From contig JAIVFI010000028.1 of the NCBI GenBank assembly GCA_025558095.1, forward strand, positions 124,001 to 188,000: a DNA stretch of 64,000 nucleotides, in the 5' to 3' direction. The position numbers were made by a program, and so were the translations under genes. Source of the DNA: Hyaloraphidium curvatum SAG 235-1. Its lineage: Eukaryota > Fungi > Monoblepharomycota. Below the pieces are notes generated by a model. That model ran no database searches. It was given only the letters and a program-made list of their open reading frames with translations, and was not told where the DNA came from. Shown here piece by piece: positions 10,868-21,580 of the stretch (its first letter is position 1; the number at the start of each line of letters is the position of its first letter).

Positions 10868-11762
10868 CTACAGCTTGGGCGCCGGCGGGAGAGGGATCGG
10901 AGGAAGAGGTTTGGCAGTCACTGAAGGGAGATCAGCATTCCGACAAGGTAAGGCGGATAACGGAGCCTACCTGGAATGCCGACCCTGTCCACGTTGAGCA
11001 CCGTGGACACGATGGAGTACTGCATGGTCGCCCCGATGAGGTCCATCACGCCCCTTGTTCCCCAGCGTTTCCGGATCCCCTCGAAGGCCTCGTCCGAGAT
11101 CTTGCCGCGGTAGTGCAGGAGCTCCGAGACGAACTTGAAAACCGCGAGCTCCTCGGCGTCCTTCATGGACTTGGGGGGCCCGAGCGAGGGGTGAAGCGAC
11201 ATGCCGCGGAGCTCTTCCAGGATCTCCTTCGGAAGCCCTGCATTCTCCGCCATGATCGCGTGAGCGTACCACTCGAAATCCGCTGAGTAGTAGCGGCCTG
11301 CCATGCAGATCGCGAGCTCGTTCAGGCGACCCGGGATGATGGTCCGGGAAAGAATGTAGTCGTTCATGGAGCTCAGGTGGCGGAAAAGCTCCGGAGAGTG
11401 ACTACGACAAAGCTCAGTATCGATCAGAAAGGACATTACTGCGCGGCATGCTCACAGGTAGGCATTCGTAGGGCCGATGAACCTCCCTCCCTGGTTCTTC
11501 CAAACTTTCTCGGCCAGGCGCTTCGTGTCGTCGAGCGTCTTTCCGGTATGGACGGATTCCTCTCCGATGCCGTCGTGGTTCGCCTTTCCGGTGTCCTTGA
11601 CCACCATCGGCGGGAACCGCTGCCCGAAGGACGGCTCGACCGCGGGGTTGAACAGGTTCCTGTCCACAGTGCTCCTGCGCCGGGAGACACGTCAAAGACG
11701 CGAACAACCGCGCGACCTGCTCAAACTTTGAGCTCCTACCCTGTCTCCTTGCGTTTCGACAT
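10868..11762 (-). CDS. Carboxymuconolactone decarboxylase/AhpD-like protein; introns 11675-11739, 11402-11455, 10921-10970
   Basis: Spliced GPTNAYL/HSPELF..RLNELAI..FEWYAH..AENAGL motif typical of the CMD family. Spliced C-terminus ends ...PAPKL. Confidence 0.78.
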
Positions 11763-11880
11763 GGCTGCGTGATGCCTTGGGAGACGTTTGCTCGAATTCC
11801 CTTGCGCCGCGCGGGAAGACGCGTCTGCAGTCCTCTTCGACGCGTCCTCTTCCTCCTCCTCGTCGCGAGCACGTGTCACA

Positions 11881-12799
11881 ATGGGCTCGGCATCTGCCAA
11901 TGCTCTGGAGCTCTACCACGCGAGCTTTTCCTACTTCTCCACCGTCGCGCGGCTGGCGCTCGCCGAAGCCGGACTCTCCTACCAGTCCCACCTCATCGAC
12001 CTCGTCAAGAACGAGCAGATGGCGCTGGATTATCTGAAGATGAATCCGAACGGCACCGTTCCCACCCTGATTTTCCGTCCGCCGGACGCCGAGGAACGCG
12101 TCTTTGTCGAGAGCCGCGACATCTTGGACTGGTGCGCCGGGCTGAAGCCGATGCTGAACAGCGGCAAGGACGTCGAGGCCTTCGTCGAGCGGTGGTATAA
12201 AGGAGACTTGGCCTACGACGAAGCGACAGGCCCCGCCGCACCGGAAGCCAAGCGGTCCGACCTGGTGAAGAAGTGGGAGGGGCGGGCACAGGAGCTGGAA
12301 AGCGCCTTGGAAAAGGCCAAGGCAGAGGGAGATCTCCATCTCATCGGAGTTCTCGAAGCGAAACGCGACTCGGTGGGCTCGATGCGCAAGGCGTCCGCGA
12401 CGCCAGTTGAGCCCTGCCCCGCAGAACTTCGAGAAGGCGCGCAAGTTCCCCAGCAGGGGTCCGCCGTGGGGCCCGGACAGGGCCGACGCGATGGTCTCGG
12501 AGATCGAGAAGTTCCTGCTCGCGGACGGCAAGGATCCCGCGAAGGACTGGATCTGCGGGCCCGAGTTCAGCAAGGCCGACATCTGCGCCGTGGTCCTCCT
12601 CGATCGGCTCGCCTCGTATGGCTACGAGGGGGTCGTTTGGGGCAACGGTGAGTCTGGCGGTGTTGTTTGACCGGAGATGGGTGCTGGACGCGGCTTTCCA
12701 CCAGGGAAGCACGAACCCGTCGTGCAGTACCTCCGCCGGGTCCGCGCACGGCCGTCCTACCACGAGGGCTTCACGAAATGGGCCAAGAAGGATCATTGA
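11881..12799 (+). CDS. Glutathione S-transferase (GDAP1-like); introns 12373-12424 and 12648-12704
   Basis: LYHASFSYFS.VARLALAE, YLKMNPNGTVPTL, ESRDI, WICGPEFSKADI, YLRRVRARPSY. Confidence 0.85.
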
Positions 12800-12820
12800 T
12801 GCCGTGTCTTCTGCATTACT

Positions 12821-14932
12821 TCAATCGACATGGCCTTCCTGCTTCTTCGCGTCGGCGGCCGTTTCTGCGTCTGCGCCGGCCGCGCTCCTGGCCTTGCGCT
12901 GGGCCTCCAGCGCGATCTCCTTCAGCTTGTCGTAGACGGGATCCGGGGAAATGGTGTACTTGGCCGACGCCATGCCCACCATCCCCGACAGCAGCACCGG
13001 CAGGATCCACGTCCCGTCCAGGCTCATGGACTCAAGCAGGATGACCGACGCGGTCAGGGGCGACTGCGTGACGCCGCTGAAGTACGCGTTCCCAGTGCAT
13101 ATCACGACGGGCAGCGCGAGGTTGGCCGGCCAGGTCGGGAGGAAGTACCTGCACGCGAGAGTGGCGAAAAGCGCGCCTAGACCGATGCCGGCAGCCATCG
13201 ACGGGGCGAAAATGCCCGAGGGGGCGGTGGAGATGAAGGTGAGGAAGCAGCCCACGAACTTGAGGGGGAAGAGGCTCCAGATCAGGTTCGGGGGCAGGGC
13301 TTGGAAGGGGTCGGGGACGGCCGTCGTGGCGTTGGCGGCCGTCTGCAGGATCTCCCTAGCAAAGACGTAGCCCGGGCCGTAGGCGTACTGCCCGGGGATC
13401 AGACCCAGGAGGGCAATCGCCAGCCCGCACAGGAAGGCGATGGCGTACGGCCGGCGCCGCTGGAACTGCGCGAGGCGGGTGTCCGAGATGGCGAAGAAGC
13501 GGGTCACGGTAAGGGTGAGACGAGCCCAGGCGCCGCCGAGGAAGCCGGCGAGGCAGGAGAAGAAGATGAGGGTGAAGAATAGGTCTGGGTATAAACCGGC
13601 TGCGCCGTTGTTGTATGATTGACTGTGCGCAAGCGACTTTGATTAGGACGGTTCCCCCAGGCAAAGTCATACCAGGCGAGGGGAACCCACTAAACACGGC
13701 CATAGTACAGCCCGTCGGAGTCAAAGGCTTTGGCAACCAGGCCGGATAAGGTGACGGTGATCGGGATGATGGCCTTGTCAACATCGTTGTAGACCTTGCC
13801 GAGCTCCTCTATGGAGAACGTGATCCCGCCAACTGAAGCAACGAGGTGGTTAGCTATCAACGAGGCCGGCAACTTCCACCGACGAATCTCACTCGGAGTC
13901 GTGAAGGCCGCGGCAATGCCCGCCGCCGTGCCCGACATGATGGCGGATCTGTGAGCGAGGGCCGAGAATCCACCCACTGTCGCGACGATGTGCGAGACGG
14001 AGGCGGCGATCTGCGCGGTGGGCCCTTCCCGACCGGCCACGCCTGGCGAACCGACCCATGAGCCCGAGGGCAACGAATCACGGCACCGCCAAAGAGTTCC
14101 CACCTCCTCCGCCGATGATGGCGATCGTGCCGACGAACTTCCACAGCAGGATCCTCGGCGAGACCAGCTTCTCCAACAGCGGCCGCCCCGAGAACCAGTC
14201 CCCCCAGGTGCGCGCCCTCGGCGGGATCACCACGGCCTCGTCCAGCTCGTTCGGCTCCTCCAGCTCCGCCTCGACGAGGACCAGGTGCGCCCTCTGCCGC
14301 GCGTCGAGCTTGTCCAGGTTCACCAGCGCCAGCATGCACTGCGGGATGCCGCTGGCGTGGGACCCCTTGGCGTACTCGGCCGTGATAAATGCGACGCCGC
14401 CAAAGACGCAGGGGGTGATGATGAGCCCGAGGAAGCGGTTGTACCCCGTCGTGACAAAGTCCATGAAGGCGTTGCCGGCGGCTTCGGCGCCGCGGGCCAG
14501 GGCGATGGACCAGAGGGAGATGAGCGGGCCGGCGAGGAGGAACAGGAGGGGCTGGACGGCGGCGAGGATCCGGGAGCGGAGGGAGGCGCGGTGCGGCTCG
14601 GCCGGCTGCGGCACCGTCGCGGGTTTCTCGGCGTCGCCCGTCTTCGGCGTCGAGTTCATGGCGTCGAGCACGTTGGCGTCGAAGAGGGAGCGCATCCCGA
14701 CCGACGTGATTGTTGGCGTGCGCTTCACCAGCACCTGCCCGTTCTCTGGCGGCGCTGCCTCCGGCGGCAGTTCGGCAGGATGTCCATTTGCATCCGGCGC
14801 TAGCGGCGGCGGCGGAGGCTGCTGCACGGCGGCATCCGGTCCGTTCCCGTCCCGAACCGCCGCACCGGCCTGGTCGGCGAGTTCGGGGACCCCGACGCCG
14901 CCATCTGGCACCGGATCGCCGTCCATGGGCAT
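12821..14932 (-). CDS. ClC chloride channel/antiporter, EriC-like, no CBS domains; several introns
   Basis: ASGIPQ, GREGPTAQI, GIAAAFTTP..GGITFSIEE, GIFAPS and YFSGVTQSPLT motifs spread over ORFs joined by GT-AG introns. Confidence 0.85.
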
Positions 14933-15078
14933 GTAGGATTAAAATGCACTGCTCATCGTTCCTCTCCGCGGCCCGGGTGCGCGGGACAACGGCGATCTTG
15001 CCGCCGTGTTTATCACGGCGCTCGGCGATCAGCCGCGGAACGCGTCGCAAATTATCACCGCCGCCTCCACCGCGCCCG

Positions 15079-15630
15079 ATGGCTTCCAAGCACGCCAAGA
15101 ACATCCTCGTCACCGGCCCGCCCGGCTGCGGCAAGACCACCGCCGTCCGCCGCGCCGCGTCTCTCCTCACGTCGCGGGGCAAGCGCGTCGCGGGGCTCTA
15201 CACCGCGGAGGTGCGCGAGCGCGGGGAACGCGTGGGGTTCGAGATCGTCGGGCTGGGCGGGGGGAGGGCGATGCTGGCCCACGTGAACTGGGAGGGGAAG
15301 GCGCGGGTGGGGAGGTACGGCGTGGATCCGGGGAGCCTTGACGGGGTGCTGGCCGAGGAGCTGGGTCCGCGTCCCGACGGGCACGCGAAGATCGATGCGT
15401 ACGTCGTGGACGAGATCGGAAAGATGGAGGTGCTCTCGCCGCGGTTCGTGGAGGCGGTGGGGCGCGTGCTGGACGGGCCGGTGCCGGTGCTCGCGACGGT
15501 CGGGCAGAAGGGCGGCGGGTTCATCGCCGAGGCGAAGCGACGGCCAGACGTGGCCGTCCTCGAGGTGGACGCGAGGAACAGGGACGGGTTGCCGCAGATC
15601 CTGGCGGACCGCTTGCTGGCTGGAGCGTGA
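15079..15630 (+). CDS. Nucleoside-triphosphatase (THEP1/NTPase_1 family)
   Basis: Walker A GPPGCGKTT, TAEVRE.G.RVGF, RVGRYGVD, Walker B YVVDEIGKME. Intronless. Confidence 0.88.
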   Translation: MASKHAKNILVTGPPGCGKTTAVRRAASLLTSRGKRVAGLYTAEVRERGERVGFEIVGLGGGRAMLAHVNWEGKARVGRYGVDPGSLDGVLAEELGPRPDGHAKIDAYVVDEIGKMEVLSPRFVEAVGRVLDGPVPVLATVGQKGGGFIAEAKRRPDVAVLEVDARNRDGLPQILADRLLAGA

Positions 15631-16004
15631 ACCCCGGCGACTGGCATCGTGGGAATGTAGAGCTGCTGCAGGACTGCTCTTTGTCTCTATCTGATTGTTC
15701 TTGAACAAGTTCGAGACCCAGATCTAGCGAAAGCGGGGAAAGACTGCCTTTGAATTGGCAATGAACGTTCTTTCTCTCCTGCCCGTCCAGCTCGCGCAGC
15801 CGGAGCCCGGATGCGTGTTGCTTCGAAGAATCAAAAGCAGAAACCATGCTCGCTTCCCATTTTCATTTGTGCAGTGGAGTGTGAGCCCGTGGGAAACAAA
15901 GGGGGCGTCCTCGCAGGCTTGCGACGCGGGTCCCACTGCGTTTCGGAGTTTTCTCACTCCCCTTCCCCCGGGTCTCGGTCCACCTCCAGCCGCGAAACTC
16001 CGCC

Positions 16005-17666
16005 ATGGCGACGGTGCGCGACTGCCTCGTTGCCTTGGGCGCCACGCCCGAGACGTGGGCCGGCGCGGCGACGGTCGCGGACGAGTTCTCTGCGCTCAAG
16101 CGGCTCTACTTCGCGCGAGTCCTCAAGGCGCACCCCGACAAGGGCGGCGACCCGGCGGCGTTCCGGACGCTGCAGGAGGCGTGGGAGTCGCTGCGCGCGC
16201 TGTACGACGGCGGCGGCGTGAACCCGGCCGGCTTCGGGCACTACTGGGGCGCGGGGGCGCGGGAGGCCGCGGGACCCGGCACAGGCACCCGCGCCGCCGG
16301 CGAGCGCCCGTCGTGGGAGTGGTACGCAGAGGCGGCGGCCGAGGAGATGCCGGGGTACAAGGTCGAGCCGGCAAAGAGCGGGCGGAGCAGGTGCCAGGCC
16401 GGCAAGGGCGCCGTGCGGCACGACGACCCCGGCATCGGGAAGGGCGAGGTGCGCTGCGGCTGGCTCGACAAGGTGTCGGGCGGCTACGGCAGGTGGACGC
16501 ACCTGGGCTGCTGGCGCGTGCCGGCCACGGTGTGGCTCGGCCTGCCCAAGCCGGGAACCCCCGGCGCGACGCCCCAGGCCTTCGAGCAAGCGCTGCTTTC
16601 GATGGGCAGCGTCACCCTCACCGGCTTCGCCCAGCTCGACGCCGAGCAGCGGGCCGAGGTCGTCGCGCACTGCTCGAACCCGGACAACTGGGCGCAGAGG
16701 GGAAAGGTCATGGACGCGCTGGGCATCGAGAAGCCGGCCAAGAAGGGCAAGGGCAAGCCGCGCGCCGCCAAGAAGGCCAAGGTCGAGCCCGAGCCCGAAG
16801 ACGAGCAGGACGAGGACGAGGCGTACGAGGAAGCTCCCAAGCCCGTGCCGAAGGCCAAGGCTGCCCGCGGGAGGGCCAAGCCTGCGCGCGGCAGGGCCAA
16901 GCCCGCGCCTGCCGACGACGCCGAGTTCGAGCCGACGCCGATGAAGCAGGAGCCGACGTTCGTCAAGGCCGAGTTCGTCAAGACCGAGGCGTTCCTCGAG
17001 ACCGAGACCTTTGTCAAATCTGAGCCCGCCGCCCCCGCCGAAACCGCCTGGACCGCCTCCTGGGAATCCACCTCCCTCGTCACCGCCCCGCAGTCGCACT
17101 CGGCCGCCCTCGTCCGCACCGCCGGCTTCGCCTCTGGCTCCTCGGGCGGCGCTGGCACCCAGTTGGTGCTCCCCCGCCCGGGCGTCGGCAACGCAATCGC
17201 GGGCGCCTTTGCCGGGCAGACCTTCGTGCTCACGGGCATCTTCCCCGAGGTCGGCGGCGGCGCCGGGCTGGACCTCGGCAAGGGCCGCACGCGCGCCTTC
17301 ATCGAGAGCTTCGGCGGCCGCGTCACGGGATCCGTCTCGGGCAAGACGACCTACCTCGTCGTCGGCAAGGAACCCGGGTACTCCAAGGTGTCTCAGGCCG
17401 AGGGCAAGGGCGTGGCGACGGTCGACCTGGCGGCGCTGCTCAAGGCGGTGGAGGAGCCCAAGCACCTGGCCGTCGCGCCGGCCCCGGCGATCGGGGCGTG
17501 GAGCAGCGGGTACAGGGGCAACGGGCTGGGGAACCTGATCGCCGGGCCGGGGTACAGGGCGCAGATCGAGTACGGCGCGAGGGCCGTGAACGAGCCGGCG
17601 CCGAGGAAGAAGGCGGCGCCCAAGCGCAAGCGCCGGGCGGGGGAGGACGGGGAGGACTACGAGTGA
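16005..17666 (+). CDS. J-domain + PARP-type zinc finger + BRCT protein
   Basis: LKRLYF..LKAHPDKGGD..FRTLQEAWE (J domain); YKVEPAKSGRSRC..IGKGEVR..WTHLGC (zf-PARP); GQTFVLTG..IESFGGRVTGSVSGKTTYLVVGKEPG.SK (RFC1/ligase-type BRCT). Confidence 0.82.
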   Translation: MATVRDCLVALGATPETWAGAATVADEFSALKRLYFARVLKAHPDKGGDPAAFRTLQEAWESLRALYDGGGVNPAGFGHYWGAGAREAAGPGTGTRAAGERPSWEWYAEAAAEEMPGYKVEPAKSGRSRCQAGKGAVRHDDPGIGKGEVRCGWLDKVSGGYGRWTHLGCWRVPATVWLGLPKPGTPGATPQAFEQALLSMGSVTLTGFAQLDAEQRAEVVAHCSNPDNWAQRGKVMDALGIEKPAKKGKGKPRAAKKAKVEPEPEDEQDEDEAYEEAPKPVPKAKAARGRAKPARGRAKPAPADDAEFEPTPMKQEPTFVKAEFVKTEAFLETETFVKSEPAAPAETAWTASWESTSLVTAPQSHSAALVRTAGFASGSSGGAGTQLVLPRPGVGNAIAGAFAGQTFVLTGIFPEVGGGAGLDLGKGRTRAFIESFGGRVTGSVSGKTTYLVVGKEPGYSKVSQAEGKGVATVDLAALLKAVEEPKHLAVAPAPAIGAWSSGYRGNGLGNLIAGPGYRAQIEYGARAVNEPAPRKKAAPKRKRRAGEDGEDYE

Positions 17667-17929
17667 GGCAGGGGCTGCTGGTGCACGGACTGCTGGATCA
17701 CGGACGTGGGTGCGGAGGATGATTGCGCGGTTTGGCGCGGAGGTGGAGATCGGTTGAGGGGAGGGTGTCTTCGGACTTGGGAGGAGGATGGACATTCGAC
17801 TGTCTCGCAGGACAATTGCAGCTTCTGGCTGGCAGAGGATTACGGAGTTTAGATCTTAGTCACGACGATTTCGAGCTTGCATCACATCTTTGATTCTCTG
17901 AAAACGCTGCCTGGCTCCAGGTGCGCACG

Positions 17930-19479
17930 TCACCCCTTGCACGCCATGTCGAGCACCACGGCCACCCCCGCCGACTTGAGCAGCGTCCACAGCCCCACGA
18001 GCACCGTGAACACGCTGATGAGCAGCGTCCTCACGACGGCAAAGTCCGCCGGGATCCCCGCGACCCTCGGCCTGGAATTCCGCGCGCGCGCAAAGGCCGC
18101 CAAGCCCGCCGCGCGCTCCGCCAGCTCCCTCCGCACGGATGCGTCGGCGCAGCGCGGGAGCATGAGCTGCAGCTCGGCTTCGGCGCGGGCGTACAGCTCC
18201 GAGACGGCGAATATCTCCTCGTTGGTCGAGGCGGCCTTCGGCGACGGGGTGCGGGTGAGCCTCGGGACCGGGCCGCGGGACGGGCGCGGTTGCTCACGTT
18301 GACCATGTCCACCGTGACCGTGAGGATCATCTGCAGGACGATGGCGAAGCACCAGGCGGGCACGCACGATCCGACCGAGGCGTTGATGATGCCGGCTCCG
18401 AAGCCAGTAACCACGTAGGCGACGATGTAGCCGCCAGAAGTCATGGGCGTGGTGCGGTGGTCCCAGGCGACGCCGAGTGCCGCATGCAGTGCGAGGTAGG
18501 AGTCGTCGCTCGGGATATCCTCGGACGGTGTCGCGCCGGAATGTTGGCGGAAGCGGTCCAGCATTGCCCGAAGGCACAGCACAGCCGCGCGATGCCGAAG
18601 CCGGAATAGCAGCCGGCGCGCGGGAGGGTTGCCAGCGAACCGCAGGGCGATGGCAAAGGCGCCGAAGAAGGCGGAGTTGGCCAGCGCGAAGACGTTGGCG
18701 GCGACGCCCCACCACGCGGTCCACGTCACAGGTGCAAGCGTGACCAGGGACGTGTAGAGCATGAAAAATGCGGCGGTGTAGAGTGCGGCGGTCCTCACAC
18801 AAAAGTCGGCCCAGCGCCAGTAGCCCGCGGCCGCCGGCAGACGGCCTGCGCAGGAGCGATCGGGGCACGGGCACAGCGTGTCCCGCGGATCGTGGACCAG
18901 CAGGCGCGACTCCGTGACGGCGCGCACCAGCTGCGCCCACCGCGCGACGGGTGCATATGGATGTGCGCTGGCGTCGGCTTCACGCGGGCGCTGTGCGGCA
19001 CGCGCAAAGCGCGTCAGGGAGGTCGCGAGCAGCGCCGTGGTGAACGTCGAGGTAAACAGCGCGGCGTACAAGGCGATGGCGGCGACACCGGCGGCCATCT
19101 GTGGCTTGCCAAAGACGAGCAGCTCGGCGTTGCCGAACCACGCGGCAACGGCGCCCAGCACCAGGCTCGCCTGTAGAACGACGACCAGGGGGATGAAAAG
19201 CGCCGAAGCCGGGACGACCAAAGTCTGCAGCGCCACGGCGGCCGCCGCAGACGCCGATATCGGGCGCAGCTCGCGCACCAGCGAGCCCCGGGTTAGCGGA
19301 TCGGCGTCGCGGAGCTCGGCAGCGGGATCGGGCGGCGGCGGCGCGTCCAGCGGCCCCGTGTCGGCGTTGCATTCGGGGAACAGGGCAAGCCACTCCCTGT
19401 CGCTGAAGAGCGCCGCAGGGTGCTTCTCGGGCAGCGCGTCCGGCGTCTCCATCGGCTCGCCGTGCACCGACGTCGGCAT
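17930..19479 (-). CDS. Seven-transmembrane protein, candidate 7TM ion channel, paralog B; intron 18236-18297
   Basis: Shares WLAL..DPAA.LR..PLTR, HDP..CPC..SCAG.LP..AGYWR, GSC(I/V)PA and the TM7 pattern with 2838-4439. The GT-AG intron joins DMVN/AASTNEE. Confidence 0.7.
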
Positions 19480-19621
19480 CTTGCCCGTCTGAATGAGCAG
19501 TTGGTCTGGCGCTTTTCGACGCACCGTGCGGAGCGATCCGCGACCGAGGTGGCCCGACCCAGCGGCGGCGTTTCCCAGCCTTCATCGTCTCGCCGAACGG
19601 CCGGCTGCCCGGACTGTCAGA

Positions 19622-20236
19622 ATGGCGCCGCGCCCGGCGTCCGCCGCCCCGAACGGCTCGCCGGCGAGCGGCTCGCGGAAGCTGCCCGCCGAGAAGGACG
19701 CGTCGGCATCCGCCAAACCGCGGTACGCCGAACCCCGCAGCCCGCCGGCCCGCGCCGCCCTCGACCTCCTCCGGCGTGTCGCGGAGGACGCCCGCGTGTC
19801 GCTGCTCCTCCTCGCGGCCGCAGGGTTCGCCGCCCTCTCCGCGGCCTTGATCGCCGAACACGTATTCGGACTCCTTCCTTGCGCCCTCTGCCTCATGCAG
19901 CGCTACCCTTACGCCATGGTTGCCGCGCTCGGCCTCCCCGCGCTCCTGCGCCTCCCGCCGTGGCTCGCCACCCTCCTCCTCTCCTTCGACGCCCTCGCCA
20001 TGCTCTCCAACGCCGTCATCGCCTCGTACCACGTCGGGGTGGAGCAGCACTGGTGGACGGACGAACTGACCTGCGGCGCGGCGGCGGACGGGCTGTCGCT
20101 GATGGAACCGACGGCGATCAGGTGCGACGAGGTGCCGTGGGAGCTGTTCGGGATCTCCATGGCGGGGTACAACGTGCCGGCGTCGCTGGCGATGGCGGGG
20201 TTTGCGGGGGCGGCGGCGTGGTATTCCAGGAGCTAA
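19622..20236 (+). CDS. dsbB: Disulfide bond formation protein DsbB-like
   Basis: EHVFGLLPCALCLMQRYPY (CxxC + QR), YHVGVEQHWW, TCG...IRCDEVPWELFGISMAGYN, 4 TM segments. Start could also be 19493. Confidence 0.85.
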   Translation: MAPRPASAAPNGSPASGSRKLPAEKDASASAKPRYAEPRSPPARAALDLLRRVAEDARVSLLLLAAAGFAALSAALIAEHVFGLLPCALCLMQRYPYAMVAALGLPALLRLPPWLATLLLSFDALAMLSNAVIASYHVGVEQHWWTDELTCGAAADGLSLMEPTAIRCDEVPWELFGISMAGYNVPASLAMAGFAGAAAWYSRS

Positions 20237-20545
20237 CTGCCGGTGGTATTGAGGTGGATGCGTGGAGACGGGCGGCTAGCTCAAGCAGATCGAGCCGCGG
20301 GCATGCGGACTAGGCGGAGGACGCGTTTCCGACTGCGATGTGACTTGAGTTCTACCGCAAACACTTTCCTGGTGAGAGATAATGGTCAATCGGCAGTTTT
20401 CGGTGCGTTGTGGCGTCCACCCGACCTCGTATCGGGGCGTGACCCGTGGGAGACAATCGGACAAACACCGTCGCAACCTCCACCTTCGAAGCGGCGCCGC
20501 TGCTGTCCTAAGCTCCGGCTCTCCATCTCAAAAAGTACAGCAACC

Positions 20546-21006
20546 ATGGACGCGGCCGCCACCCGCGCCCTCGTCCAGAAGTTCCTCGACGCGCGCGGCG
20601 CCAACGACCCCGCGGCCTTCGGCCCCCTCCTCGCCGCGGACTGCGTGTGGCACCCGCCCCCGAGCATGCTCCCCGAGCTCACGGGGCGCGAGAAGATCGT
20701 CGCGGCGCTCTCGGGCGGCGCCGTGGGCAAGTTCCTCGACGTGTCGACGATCAAGAGGGACGTCAAAAAGGTCATCGTGGAAGGGGACACGGCGGTGGTG
20801 CTGCAGACCCTGACGGGCACCACGCATTCGGGGGAGACGTACGTGAACGACTACTGCTGGGTCTACAAGTGCGCCGGCGGCGAGATCGTGAGGATGGACG
20901 AGTTTGCGGACTCGTTCAAGGTGCGCGGGCGTTGCGTTGATCGCGCGCCGGGTCGCCCATTCACGCTCCCGTCCAGGCCGCCAAGCTGTTCGGGATCGCC
21001 AAGTAA
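20546..21006 (+). CDS. SnoaL-like/NTF2-fold (ketosteroid isomerase-like) protein; intron 20921-20976
   Basis: TRALVQKFLDA..D....LLAADCVW, GREKI, IVEGDTAVV, GETYVNDYCWVY..GGEI..MDEFADS. Confidence 0.82.
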
Positions 21007-21580
21007 CGTTCTCGGCGTGTCTGTAGGGGGGGGGGGGGCGGTGTCGGGCGGACGGGTTTGGTGGGTGCCTTCCGCTTTGGAGGCAGCAAATGCGGAGGTG
21101 CTGTATTGCAGGCGGCGGTGTGTGCCCATCACGGCTTCGGGAATCAATAGTAGTCGAACTTCGTGAGAGGAAAGGCCGCTTGGGTCGTCCGCAGGCGAGA
21201 ACCCACGCCCCTTTGGCCCCGCCCGGCCTGCCGCCAACGCCGATACCGTGCTTTCCTGAAGCCCAGCAATGCTTTGTTTGAATCTGTCTGTCCCCGACGC
21301 CACTGGATGCAGCGCGATGGCGAGGGACGTGGACCGCGGCGCTCGTTTGCCGTTCCGCCCCTGCTGGATCGCACTACACCGCCGACTGCGTGCTCTGGGA
21401 GCCATGAATCGAGGAAGGAGAGAGGCGGAAGAGCTCGGCACTGGCACCAACCCCGAGCTCATCGCCTCGGAGCTCGGAGAGGGCGGCCACACCAGCCAAC
21501 GACCAAGCCCCGACTGACAGCCACGCACCGTCCCCCGCCGCAGACCGGCCAGTTTTGCCAAGGACCGGCGAGGCCCCGCG

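Noticed and set aside
11881-12799. GST as the missing maleylpyruvate isomerase (NagL)
   Set aside because: It lacks the zeta-class SSC/SSA-type motif, has a GDAP1-like insertion, and lies 17 kb from the cluster.
15954-17795. Long antisense/alternate-frame ORFs (also 21374-23068, 24786-26891, 25923-27926, 47826-49418, 48846-50636)
   Set aside because: Shadow ORFs expected from high GC3; Arg/Pro/Gly-rich with no motifs, and overlapping well-supported genes.
21026-21038. G13 homopolymer
   Set aside because: Simple run in a 3' UTR/intergenic region with no supporting structure.
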